NCBI GenBank assembly: GCA_965204725.1
Contig: OZ242005.1
Span: 4,768,001-4,832,000, forward strand
Direction of reading: 5' to 3'
Length of the DNA stretch: 64,000 nucleotides
DNA from: Candidatus Latescibacterota bacterium
Lineage (GTDB): Bacteria; Latescibacterota; UBA2968; UBA8231
The position numbers were made by a program, and so were the translations under genes. The notes below the pieces were generated by a model. It was not told the origin of the DNA. It was given only the letters and a program-made list of their open reading frames with translations, and did no database searches. Of the stretch, positions 47,960-56,825 are shown in pieces. Position 1 is the stretch's first letter; every line of letters begins with the position of its first letter.

Positions 47960-48757
47960 TCAATAATATGTCTCCGCGTTGTGTACTGGCTCGTAGCCGA
48001 CTTCGCGCCGGGGCGTTTCAATGTCAAAAATGTTGTAGGTGTTGTCCGAGATCGCAAAATAATGCGCACCGCTGGGCAGATCACCGGCGCAATGCCGCTC
48101 AAAGCAGGCGTGGACCAAGCGGGCGGCGTCCTCTTGGTGGCACCAGACGGCAAAGTAGCCCCGTTCCGGTGCGCGGGCGTCGTTTTGTGCATTGATGCCG
48201 CCCCAGCGCATGGCAACCGCGCTGTGGCCTTGGTCGGCGACCTTTTGCACCCACTCCTCCACGTGGGCTTTTTCGCGTCCGTAGTCGTTGATCGGGTGCG
48301 CGGGCACGGCCGCGGGAATCCGCTCGGGCCAAGCGGTTATCTGGTCGAACTGCCGCTCGGCCAACGTCCAATAGAAGCCCGGCTGGTGAAAGTCGTATAG
48401 CCCATCAACCGCGTGAACCGAGCTGGACCCGACGATCATCGGCGGCTCGTCTTGGGCCAACACCGCGGCAAAAACCAAGTCGGTCATCCGGTTCATGGCC
48501 GCCAAGCCGCCGCCCCGGGCCAGATAGACGACCAAGTCGCATCCGGGGATCAGGGCGCGGAAGTCGTCCGGCGATTCTGTAATATCGAGGTCGATAAAAT
48601 CCCCGCCGGCATCCGGCTCAGTCGCCTTGTCTAGCGCCCCAGGCAAATCCACGGAAACCATGCGGTAGCGCGGGTCGAGCCGCGGCATATAGGTCCGCAG
48701 GCCCGAGCCAATCGCGCCGCGCCCGCCGATGAGCAAAACCTTGTATTCTGACGCCAT
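47960..48757 (-). CDS. NAD-dependent epimerase/dehydratase (uronate dehydrogenase-like)
   Basis: LLIGGRGAIG, SSSVHA, YGREK, GYEPVHNA. Confidence 0.8.
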   Translation of the reverse strand: MASEYKVLLIGGRGAIGSGLRTYMPRLDPRYRMVSVDLPGALDKATEPDAGGDFIDLDITESPDDFRALIPGCDLVVYLARGGGLAAMNRMTDLVFAAVLAQDEPPMIVGSSSVHAVDGLYDFHQPGFYWTLAERQFDQITAWPERIPAAVPAHPINDYGREKAHVEEWVQKVADQGHSAVAMRWGGINAQNDARAPERGYFAVWCHQEDAARLVHACFERHCAGDLPSGAHYFAISDNTYNIFDIETPRREVGYEPVHNAETYY

Positions 48758-48872
48758 GCAACGCCTCCTTTGTGCAGGCAAACCTAAGCGACGAGCCGCC
48801 GCTTGACCAGCCTTTGCCGCGCGTCCCGGAAGAAGGCAACCACCCGCCGCTGGGTTTGGATTTCTCGCTTCG

Positions 48873-50792
48873 TCACATGTTCGTCAACCAGCGCCCTTTT
48901 TCCGCAGTCAGCGCATAGACTGCACCCCATATCCCTGAGACGGAAACCTCGCCCAAAATCAACCCCAGAAAAAACGGCTTGGCGTTCTGGAACAGACGCA
49001 CGCCGCCAAAGCGGACGATGACCAACTTCAAAAACCAAGCGACCAGCGCCGAAAACCAGATCTGACTCGTCAACCAGCCCACGGCAATGGCAAAGCCGAC
49101 CGGGTGCAAAGGCCACCAAAACCACCGATGCTGCGCCCACATTAGAAACCCCTCTACGGCCGCGCCGATTCCCTTGAAAAGCCAGCCGCGCATGTTGGCC
49201 TCGGGCATGTTGAGGATGGTCGGGCCGATGTAGGGCCAGCCGTGGGCACCGGCCCAATCGATCAGGGATAGATTGATCGCTCCATAGGTGTAGGCCAGTT
49301 CCAAGGTCATGTAAGCCGCGCCCACCAAGCTGCACACCAGCGCCAGCATCAGGCCCCAAAACAGCCGCGTCTTGGGGCCGGGGATCTGTTCGGCGAGTTT
49401 GAGACCATTGGCGCAGGCGACCATCGGCGAAGTCCGCGATTCCCCTTGCCAAACAAAGGTGAAGTTGAGGGCGACCAAGCCCTTGGCCCCGAGGACTGAG
49501 GTGCCCAACCCCGAAATGATGAAGTACGCCGGGACAATGGGGCTGCGGGCGGTAGCCACGCCGCCGGTGGCCACCACGCGCGCGACCAAGATGAAGAACA
49601 GCAGGCTGACGACGAGCAAGATCGGGAGCACCGCAATGGGCACCCCCGAACGCCAGAGCCAAACGGCGACGAAGAGCAGGCTGGCCAAAAAGCCGCAGAC
49701 GGCCGTGCGATAGCCGAGCAACTCCTCGCTGTCGTCAACGCCGCCGTGCGGGTTCCAGAGCTTGCGCCCGACCTCTTTGAGATGGGGCCGGGCGGTCCAC
49801 AGCCCAAAGAGCACCAACACAATGACCGCGCCGGTGGCTTGATGAGTCAGATCGGCCGGTTGCGAGTACTCGTACGCGCTCAGGCGCTCGGTGCTGGCGA
49901 TGCCGAGGGTTTTGAAGACCCCTTCCTCCACCTTGGAGAACACATAGAAGAACCAGATGCTGAACGCGATCTCGAGATTGACCAAGTAGAAGAAGCCGAC
50001 CCAAGCCAAGTTGAGCGCGATCGGCAGGTGCAAGGTCTGATTGAAAAGGGAAAAACGGCCTCTAGGGTGGTATTCGGGTACGAATGGGAAGTAGTGGTTG
50101 AGGGCGTTGAGGCTGAGCAGGATGAAGGGCACGGCAAACCCCAGCCACATCCGCTGATTCTTAAAAAAAGGAGCCAAGCACATATTGGCGTCCTTCTCAA
50201 TCATGTTCTGCGGCAGTTGGACCATGGGGTAGGTCAGCCGCTCGTGCGTTGACCACTGGCGGTGGAGGATGGTGCTCAGGCAAATCAGCATGAAGCTCAT
50301 GGCCACGATCAAGGCCAGCCAGTAGGCCATCGGCTCCATCCAGACGCCCCACGGGATGGACGCACCTTGCGGCAGGCCCTCGTAGTAATACTTGATGGCC
50401 TCGAAATCCTGCGGTGCGATCCACGAGGGAATAAAATCGTAGAACAGCTCGGCGTAGTTGTTTTCTGGGGTCGCGTAGTAGAAGGGATAGACGATGGTGC
50501 CAATGAGGAAGAACATCAGGCCCCAAGTCGGCACCGTGACCGCCATGATCAACATGCAGTAAATCAGGACGAGATCGGCTTTGGACAGGGCAAAATGGCG
50601 GTGGATCAGGGCCACGAACCCATTGACGGCAAAGGTCAGAAAAAAAAAGAGAAACAGGGCACCCGGCGAAGAGGGGTTAAAGCCGACCCAGTAGTAATTG
50701 AACACAACCCCATAAGGGGCGAGCAGACCCACCGCTAGGGAGAGGGCGACGCCGACTAGCAATCCCCGGATGCTGAAAGGCGAGTGGGGCAT
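48873..50792 (-). CDS. Polytopic membrane protein, DUF6785/DUF6784-like putative transporter
   Basis: YYATPENN, RQWSTHERLTYPMVQLP, WWPLHPVG, AKPFFLGLILGE; many TM segments. Confidence 0.7.
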   Translation of the reverse strand: MPHSPFSIRGLLVGVALSLAVGLLAPYGVVFNYYWVGFNPSSPGALFLFFFLTFAVNGFVALIHRHFALSKADLVLIYCMLIMAVTVPTWGLMFFLIGTIVYPFYYATPENNYAELFYDFIPSWIAPQDFEAIKYYYEGLPQGASIPWGVWMEPMAYWLALIVAMSFMLICLSTILHRQWSTHERLTYPMVQLPQNMIEKDANMCLAPFFKNQRMWLGFAVPFILLSLNALNHYFPFVPEYHPRGRFSLFNQTLHLPIALNLAWVGFFYLVNLEIAFSIWFFYVFSKVEEGVFKTLGIASTERLSAYEYSQPADLTHQATGAVIVLVLFGLWTARPHLKEVGRKLWNPHGGVDDSEELLGYRTAVCGFLASLLFVAVWLWRSGVPIAVLPILLVVSLLFFILVARVVATGGVATARSPIVPAYFIISGLGTSVLGAKGLVALNFTFVWQGESRTSPMVACANGLKLAEQIPGPKTRLFWGLMLALVCSLVGAAYMTLELAYTYGAINLSLIDWAGAHGWPYIGPTILNMPEANMRGWLFKGIGAAVEGFLMWAQHRWFWWPLHPVGFAIAVGWLTSQIWFSALVAWFLKLVIVRFGGVRLFQNAKPFFLGLILGEVSVSGIWGAVYALTAEKGRWLTNM

Positions 50793-50795
50793 TCC

Positions 50796-51581
50796 CTACT
50801 CGGCGGCCGAGGCGGCCAAAAGCCCCCCATCCACCGGCAGGGACGCCCCGGTGATGCAGCCAGCGGCCGGCGAGCAGAGAAAGGCCACGGCCCGGCCAAT
50901 GTCTTCGGGGGTTCCCGGACGACGTAGGGGAACGATGTCGTGGAGCCGTTCATGGAGAACGCCCCGTGCCGGAGGCGGTTCGTTAAAGACGTGATCAGTG
51001 TCCATGTATCCGGGCATGATGGCATTGCAGCGGATGCCGTGTTCGCCCAAGTCAACGGCCATGCTTTCGGTCAGGCGCAAGACGCCGGCTTTGGCGGCTC
51101 CGTATGCCGTGTCGTTCTTCCACGCCCGCCGCCCGTGTACCGAGGAGGTGCTGACGATGGCCCCCCCTTCGCCCTGCGCCACCATGGCGCGCGCCGCCTG
51201 CTGCGAGCACAGGAAAAATCCCTTGAGGCCCACGTCGAGGTTTTGATCCCAGTTCTCCTCGCTGAGTTCGAGGAAGGGCTCGCCCGTGCCGCCGTAGGGG
51301 TTGTTGACCAAGATGTCAATGCGGCCAAACCGCTCTAAAAAAGCCGCGAACATCGCCTCGACTTGGTCTCGAGCGGAAATATCGCCCGCGAAGAATTCGG
51401 CCTCGCGGCCCATAGCGCGGATTAGGCTCAGGGTTTTGTCAACGTCTTCGTCGTCGTGTAGGTCGTTGATCCCCACGTCGCAGCCAGCTTCGGCTAAAGC
51501 GAGAGCAATGCCGCGACCAATGCGGCGCTTACCGCCGGTGACGAGGGCCTTTTTTTCGCGTAGCAAGTAGGGGTCGGACAT
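50796..51581 (-). CDS. SDR family oxidoreductase
   Basis: TGGKRRIG, ILVNN, YGAAK, ITGASLPVDGG. Confidence 0.9.
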   Translation of the reverse strand: MSDPYLLREKKALVTGGKRRIGRGIALALAEAGCDVGINDLHDDEDVDKTLSLIRAMGREAEFFAGDISARDQVEAMFAAFLERFGRIDILVNNPYGGTGEPFLELSEENWDQNLDVGLKGFFLCSQQAARAMVAQGEGGAIVSTSSVHGRRAWKNDTAYGAAKAGVLRLTESMAVDLGEHGIRCNAIMPGYMDTDHVFNEPPPARGVLHERLHDIVPLRRPGTPEDIGRAVAFLCSPAAGCITGASLPVDGGLLAASAAE

Positions 51582-51595
51582 GGTGCGCTCCTTGT

Positions 51596-52330
51596 CTAAA
51601 CAATTTCGGGGTGGTTGTGCATCGAGGGGGTGGCCATGATGCGCTTTTGTCGCTCGGTTAGCTCGCCGTACTCTTCGAGGTTGTAAAACTCCTTGGCCCA
51701 CGTCGAGTAGCCGGGGCTGTACTTATAAAGCAACGTGCGGCGTTGGTGCTCGGCACGCCACGGCATGGTGCCGTGGATGAGGGCTTCGGTAAAAAACAAG
51801 GCATCCCCGGCTTTGGCCGTGGGTTGGACGACGTAGTGAGCACTGCGCTCGAAGTGCCTGACATCTTGGGGCAGGTTGCCGGGGTAATTGGTCTTGTGGC
51901 TACCCGGTACGCAGGCAAAGCCGCCATCGCCCTCATTGGCATCGGCGAGAAAAAAGGTCACCACGCTCAGGCCGTTGCGCATCTGGCCGTCGCGGTAGCT
52001 AAACCAGTGGTCGGTGTCTTGGCTAGGGCCGCCGTGGAGACCGCCGCGCGCGTCGCCGCGGTTCATGATGATGGCGTAGTCGTGGTCAATTCGGACCTTG
52101 GCGCCGATGAGTTCGATTAAGTAGGGCAGGATTTTGGGGTGGTCGATCAGGTTTTTGGTGGCTTCGCCCCAGCTACTGACCTTGTTTAGGTCGTTGCGGG
52201 GGTGGTTGTCCCAGCCGGCGAGGTGCTGGTCAACCAGCGCATTGAGGTCGTCTAGTTCCCGTGGGCTGAGGACGTTTTTGACGACCAGATAGCCCTCCAA
52301 GTCAAAGACGAATTTTTCTTCTTCGTTCAT
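51596..52330 (-). CDS. PhyH-family Fe/2OG enzyme with HxG motif
   Basis: FVFDLEGYLVV, GLHGGP, GGFACVPGSHK, EALIHGT...RRTLLYKY. Confidence 0.85.
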   Translation of the reverse strand: MNEEEKFVFDLEGYLVVKNVLSPRELDDLNALVDQHLAGWDNHPRNDLNKVSSWGEATKNLIDHPKILPYLIELIGAKVRIDHDYAIIMNRGDARGGLHGGPSQDTDHWFSYRDGQMRNGLSVVTFFLADANEGDGGFACVPGSHKTNYPGNLPQDVRHFERSAHYVVQPTAKAGDALFFTEALIHGTMPWRAEHQRRTLLYKYSPGYSTWAKEFYNLEEYGELTERQKRIMATPSMHNHPEIV

Positions 52331-52343
52331 GGCGTATTCCTTT

Positions 52344-53891
52344 CTATTGCGCGTAGATGTCCTGCATCTGATAGGCGTCGAGCGCGACGAGTTCGGCGCT
52401 CTGGCCCTGTGCCCGCAACGAGACCCCCACGCTGTCGGCGCGGTCGGGATAGACCCGGGCGGCCACGCATTGTTGGCCGTTGGCAAAGACTTCAACGACG
52501 CTTTTATCGACGAAGACCCGCAGCTTGAGCGTCTCGCCCGGGGCGAGGATGACCGGAGCGGTCTCCGGGGCGCGGGAGAGCACGTCGGGCGCGACCGAAG
52601 AATACGAGGTGTCGAGCGAGATTAAGCTCTGGTGGTGGTCGCGGCCAAAGACGCGGTTGCTAAAGCCCCGGTTTTTGAAGAAGGCAATGCGCGTGTGCTC
52701 CTGTTTGCCGGGAGCGCGGAGGACGTTGAGTTCGACCATGGGCGCGTCTTGGGGGTCGATTTCGGCGACGATTTCGAGGGCGTTGCCGCGGACCGCATCG
52801 AGGACGAGCTCTTCGTTGGCCGGGAGAGTGGTTTGGCCGACGCGCTGGTGATCGCGCCGGAGCGACTCCAAGTCGCCAGCCGGCTCCATCGCGAGCGCGT
52901 CGCCGACCACGGTCAGCCGGCGGGGCAGGGTCATAATCTGGTTCCAGCCCTCGGTCGGTTTGCCGGGGTTCATGTTGAAGAGGGTCAAGACGCCGCCTCG
53001 GCCATCGGGGGTCGCCGAAGGGGCGTGGACGCCACAGGGCGCGGCCGCGCCAAAGTTGAATTTGGCTCCGTAGGTCACGACAAACTTGTCGCGCTCAGTG
53101 TCGTAGTCGCCGAGCAGGTACTGGCCGCCGCTTCGATGGCTGAAGAAGAGGAGGATGTGGCGGTCGCCAATCGGCCAGAAATAGGGACAGGCTCCGTCGT
53201 CGCCGACGAGCGTGTACCCGTCGTCCTCGACGAAGGGGTGGAGATACTCCCAGTGCTCCAGATCGTTGGACTTGAAGAGGAAGTTGGCGCGCACGGGCTG
53301 GCCGGCCGGGCCTTCGGGCTTGGTGCCCGCCGACAGCGAGTAGTACGCGTCGCCCTGCTTCCAGATACAAGGGTCGAATACTCGGTAGGGCTGGCCGGGC
53401 TGGATGGGAATTACGGCCTTGTTGGCGACCTTTTTCCAGTTGAGCAACAGCGGGTCCGAAGACGTGGCGACCATGTTGCCGACCTCCGTGCCGTGGTACA
53501 TGGCAAGGACGCGGTCTTCCTCGACCAGCGTGGCTCCCGAAAAACAGCAGCGTTCTGGGTTCGGATAGATGCAGTAGGGCAGGTCGCGCCAGTGGACGAG
53601 GTCGTCGCTTATGGCGTGGCCCCAGTGCTGGCGGGTGTCCTCTGGCGGGTAGGCTTGGTAGAAGAGATGGTAGCGGCCCTGCCAGAAGCACAGTCCGTTG
53701 GGATCGTTGAGATTGGCTTCGGGATTGATGTAGTGGTAAATGGGGCGGTGCGGATCGCCGGCATACGAGCGGCGTGCGGCCAGCAGACGCTGCATCAGCG
53801 GGTTGGCGGCGAGGGCTTCCTCTTGTTCGGCCAGCGTGTCGGGGAAGGTGTAGTAAGGGACCTTTGAGGTGTAGTCGGGCGCGGCAGTCAT
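52344..53891 (-). CDS. Glycoside hydrolase family 32 protein
   Basis: NLNDPNG, QHWGHA, CFSG, VFDP, DGACP (canonical EC appears as AC), FVDKSVVEVF. Confidence 0.88.
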   Translation of the reverse strand: MTAAPDYTSKVPYYTFPDTLAEQEEALAANPLMQRLLAARRSYAGDPHRPIYHYINPEANLNDPNGLCFWQGRYHLFYQAYPPEDTRQHWGHAISDDLVHWRDLPYCIYPNPERCCFSGATLVEEDRVLAMYHGTEVGNMVATSSDPLLLNWKKVANKAVIPIQPGQPYRVFDPCIWKQGDAYYSLSAGTKPEGPAGQPVRANFLFKSNDLEHWEYLHPFVEDDGYTLVGDDGACPYFWPIGDRHILLFFSHRSGGQYLLGDYDTERDKFVVTYGAKFNFGAAAPCGVHAPSATPDGRGGVLTLFNMNPGKPTEGWNQIMTLPRRLTVVGDALAMEPAGDLESLRRDHQRVGQTTLPANEELVLDAVRGNALEIVAEIDPQDAPMVELNVLRAPGKQEHTRIAFFKNRGFSNRVFGRDHHQSLISLDTSYSSVAPDVLSRAPETAPVILAPGETLKLRVFVDKSVVEVFANGQQCVAARVYPDRADSVGVSLRAQGQSAELVALDAYQMQDIYAQ

Positions 53892-54094
53892 GGAATCCTC
53901 CGGCTTGGTAAGGGATCGTTAGGGCGGCGAGAAAGTATAGGGCTTGCGCGAGCGTCAATCCAGTCTGGGGGCAGAAGCAGCCGAGAGCGGCGCGGTTTGA
54001 CAGCCGTCGCGTGAATGCGCTCTATTCCCTGCAACGCCATCGCATTGTTCGGGATCGGCGGCTAAACGCGCCATTGCAAAAGGAGCAGTCTTTT

Positions 54095-54757
54095 ATGGTC
54101 AAACCCGAAGTACTAGCAGCCTTTAAGGAATTCGACTCGCCGACGATTTTTAACGCCATCGTCTTAAAATGCGGCCTGCCCAACGAAGAGTACACCGACC
54201 ACCGGATCCGCTGTCTGCTGCCGGAATTGGGGCCGATCATCGGCTATGCGGTGACCGTGGAAGTAACGACCAACGACCCGGACTCCGCAGCCGTGCCTTG
54301 GGAAGGGTACTACGAAGCAATCGACGCGATGGAGGGGCCAGCGGTCGCGGTCGTCAAAGACGTAGATTCGCGGCCCGGGCGCGGGGCCAGCTTTGGCGAC
54401 GGCATGGCGCGGTTGCACCAGCGGCTCGGCGCGGTGGGGGCCATTGTCGATGGCACGGTGCGCGACTTGGAGGGGATCCGCCGGGTCGGGCTGCCGATCT
54501 TCGCGTGGGGGATGGTGCCCGGGCACGGCGTCTTTAACGCGACGCGGGTCAACGCGCCGGTTTCCGTCGGGTCGGTGCGGATTCGGCCGGGGGACCTGAT
54601 CTTTGGCGACGGCGACGGCTGCGTACGCATTCCGCTGGAGCACGCCGCGGACGTGTTGGAATTGGCCGCCGAAGTTCGGGCCAAAGAAGCGAAGGTTTTT
54701 GCCTTGTACGATTCAGACGACTTTTCGCTCGCCAAGTGGCGAGAATCGCGCCAGTAG
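54095..54757 (+). CDS. RraA/HMG-aldolase family protein
   Basis: IIGYAVTV, ASFGDGM, DGTVRDL, IRPGDLIFGDGDG. Confidence 0.88.
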   Translation: MVKPEVLAAFKEFDSPTIFNAIVLKCGLPNEEYTDHRIRCLLPELGPIIGYAVTVEVTTNDPDSAAVPWEGYYEAIDAMEGPAVAVVKDVDSRPGRGASFGDGMARLHQRLGAVGAIVDGTVRDLEGIRRVGLPIFAWGMVPGHGVFNATRVNAPVSVGSVRIRPGDLIFGDGDGCVRIPLEHAADVLELAAEVRAKEAKVFALYDSDDFSLAKWRESRQ

Positions 54758-54781
54758 CACCGCCGCCCACAGGAGGACCGC

Positions 54782-55657
54782 ATGGAGACCACCACGGTAA
54801 AAATTGATCCCAAAGAAGAAATCGGCTTTATGACGGTGGACGAGGCCGATTTTGCCGCTTTCTCCCTGAGTCAGCAGATCCGCCATCTCGAAGTGGAGGG
54901 CTACGTGCTCCTGCCGGAGGTGCTCGGCCCCGAGCACCTTGCCGAGCTGAAGGACGAGCTAAAGGACCTGCCGATGACTCACAAGGACTACAGCAAGGCC
55001 CAAACCGTCCACCACGAACCCCAGTGCGCGAGCCGAGCGGTGGCCGAGCTGATCGGCCATCCGCCGATCGCAGAGTTCCTCAGCGCACTCATGGGGCCGG
55101 ACATCGTGTTCACGCACGGGCTTTTTACCCGCACCCTCTCCGGCTCGCCGGGCATTTCAATGCACACCGACGGCCAGCCTTATGGCTCATCGATCTTTGG
55201 CTACGAAGGCTCTTCGCCGCGCCTTTTGCGGGTGCTCTACTACCTCGACGACCTACCGCCCGAGCGCGCGCCCTTCCGGCTCATTCCGCGCTCTCATCTC
55301 TCGTTTCACGCCCAAGCCAACCCGTATGTGCGCTACATCTCGCATCCACAGGAGATTACCCTCTGTCCCAAGGCCGGTTCGGTCGTCATGATACCCGCAC
55401 TGCTCTTCCACGGCACTCATCCCAACCGGGACTTGGCCGCTCGGGAACTGATTCAGTTCGGCTACCGGCCGGCTTGGGCGGGGCCGGTTCAGCCAATGGA
55501 CGAGTGGGATTCAGAATGGGTGAAAAACGCGCCGGCCGCGGCCCAACCGTTCCTCCAAAGCCGCAACACGACCGGCAAGGAATGGAAACAGGCCCACAAA
55601 CCCCAAGGCATGCAGCGCGACGCCCCGGGTATCAATCCAGACCGCTGGGCGGACTGA
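54782..55657 (+). CDS. PhyH-family Fe/2OG dioxygenase
   Basis: LEVEGYVLL, SMHTD, FRLIPRSH, LFHGTHPN...REL. Confidence 0.85.
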   Translation: METTTVKIDPKEEIGFMTVDEADFAAFSLSQQIRHLEVEGYVLLPEVLGPEHLAELKDELKDLPMTHKDYSKAQTVHHEPQCASRAVAELIGHPPIAEFLSALMGPDIVFTHGLFTRTLSGSPGISMHTDGQPYGSSIFGYEGSSPRLLRVLYYLDDLPPERAPFRLIPRSHLSFHAQANPYVRYISHPQEITLCPKAGSVVMIPALLFHGTHPNRDLAARELIQFGYRPAWAGPVQPMDEWDSEWVKNAPAAAQPFLQSRNTTGKEWKQAHKPQGMQRDAPGINPDRWAD

Positions 55658-55733
55658 GGGATGGCTAGAACTTGCCCGGCCAGCACCAAGTTGCGACCGT
55701 AAGGCTGGCCTTCTTTTAGCGGAGGACTACGAC

Positions 55734-56747
55734 ATGGAAATGAAAAAAAACCAGCGCAAAATAAACTGGTATCGGTGTCCCTTGCCGCGCGAGGCACTCC
55801 ACGCGCTCAACCAGCGCAGCGACTTCTGGGGGCTCCTACAAACGCTGGGGCACTTGGGGCTGCTGGCGGCGACTAGCGCGGGGGCTTGGTACGCGGCCGA
55901 GCACTTGGCGTGGCCGTGGCTGCTGCTGATCCTCTTTTTTCACGGGACGTTCTACGCCTTTTTGCTCAACGGCTTCCACGAATTGTGTCACTCCACAGTC
56001 TTCAAGAGCAAGTTCCTCAACTACTTCTTCCTGCGCGTGTTCAGCTTTCTCGGCGCGTACAACCACATCCATTTCTGGACCAGTCACACCGAGCACCACA
56101 AGTACACGCTGCACCCGCCCGACGATCTCGAAGTGGTTCTGCCGGCCCAACTGCGATTTGTCGATTTTCTCAAGAGCGCGGTTGTAAATCCGTGGGGCTT
56201 GTACGCCCGCTACAAGACGACTGTGCGGCGGGCATTCGGGAGATTAGAGGGCGAATGGGAGCTGGTGCTCTTTCCCGAGTCGGCACCGGACAAGCGGCGA
56301 CAGCTCATTCGCTGGGATCGCTTCTTGTTAGTGGGGCACATCCTAATCGTGGGGGTATCCTTGTACTTCGGCCTGTGGCTGGTGCCGGTGCTCATTACGC
56401 TCGCGCCTTTTTACGGGGGCTGGTTGCTGTTTTTGTGCAACAACACCCAGCACATCGGCTTGCAGGATGACGTGCCGGATTTTCGGCTCTGCACCCGCAC
56501 GGTCCTCTTGAATCCGTTTTTCCGCTTTCTCTACTGGCACATGAACTACCACATCGAACACCACATGTACGCCGCGGTGCCGTGCTACCGGCTCGGCAAG
56601 CTACACGCGGCCATCAAAGGCGATCTGCCGCATTGTCCGCACGGGCTGTACGAGGCTTGGACGGAGATCGCGGCCATCCTCAAGCGGCAAAAGGCCGAGC
56701 CGGGCTACGAATACGTGCCAGAATTGCCCACGCCCGTCGCGGCTTGA
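55734..56747 (+). CDS. Fatty acid desaturase family protein
   Basis: His boxes HELCH, HTEHH, HIEHH. Confidence 0.88.
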   Translation: MEMKKNQRKINWYRCPLPREALHALNQRSDFWGLLQTLGHLGLLAATSAGAWYAAEHLAWPWLLLILFFHGTFYAFLLNGFHELCHSTVFKSKFLNYFFLRVFSFLGAYNHIHFWTSHTEHHKYTLHPPDDLEVVLPAQLRFVDFLKSAVVNPWGLYARYKTTVRRAFGRLEGEWELVLFPESAPDKRRQLIRWDRFLLVGHILIVGVSLYFGLWLVPVLITLAPFYGGWLLFLCNNTQHIGLQDDVPDFRLCTRTVLLNPFFRFLYWHMNYHIEHHMYAAVPCYRLGKLHAAIKGDLPHCPHGLYEAWTEIAAILKRQKAEPGYEYVPELPTPVAA

Positions 56748-56825
56748 GGCGGCGGCCTTTCAACGCCAGCGCGAAAGCCTGCCAAGTGTCAATGTTAGAT
56801 AAATTACGTAACTCTTTGAAAAACA

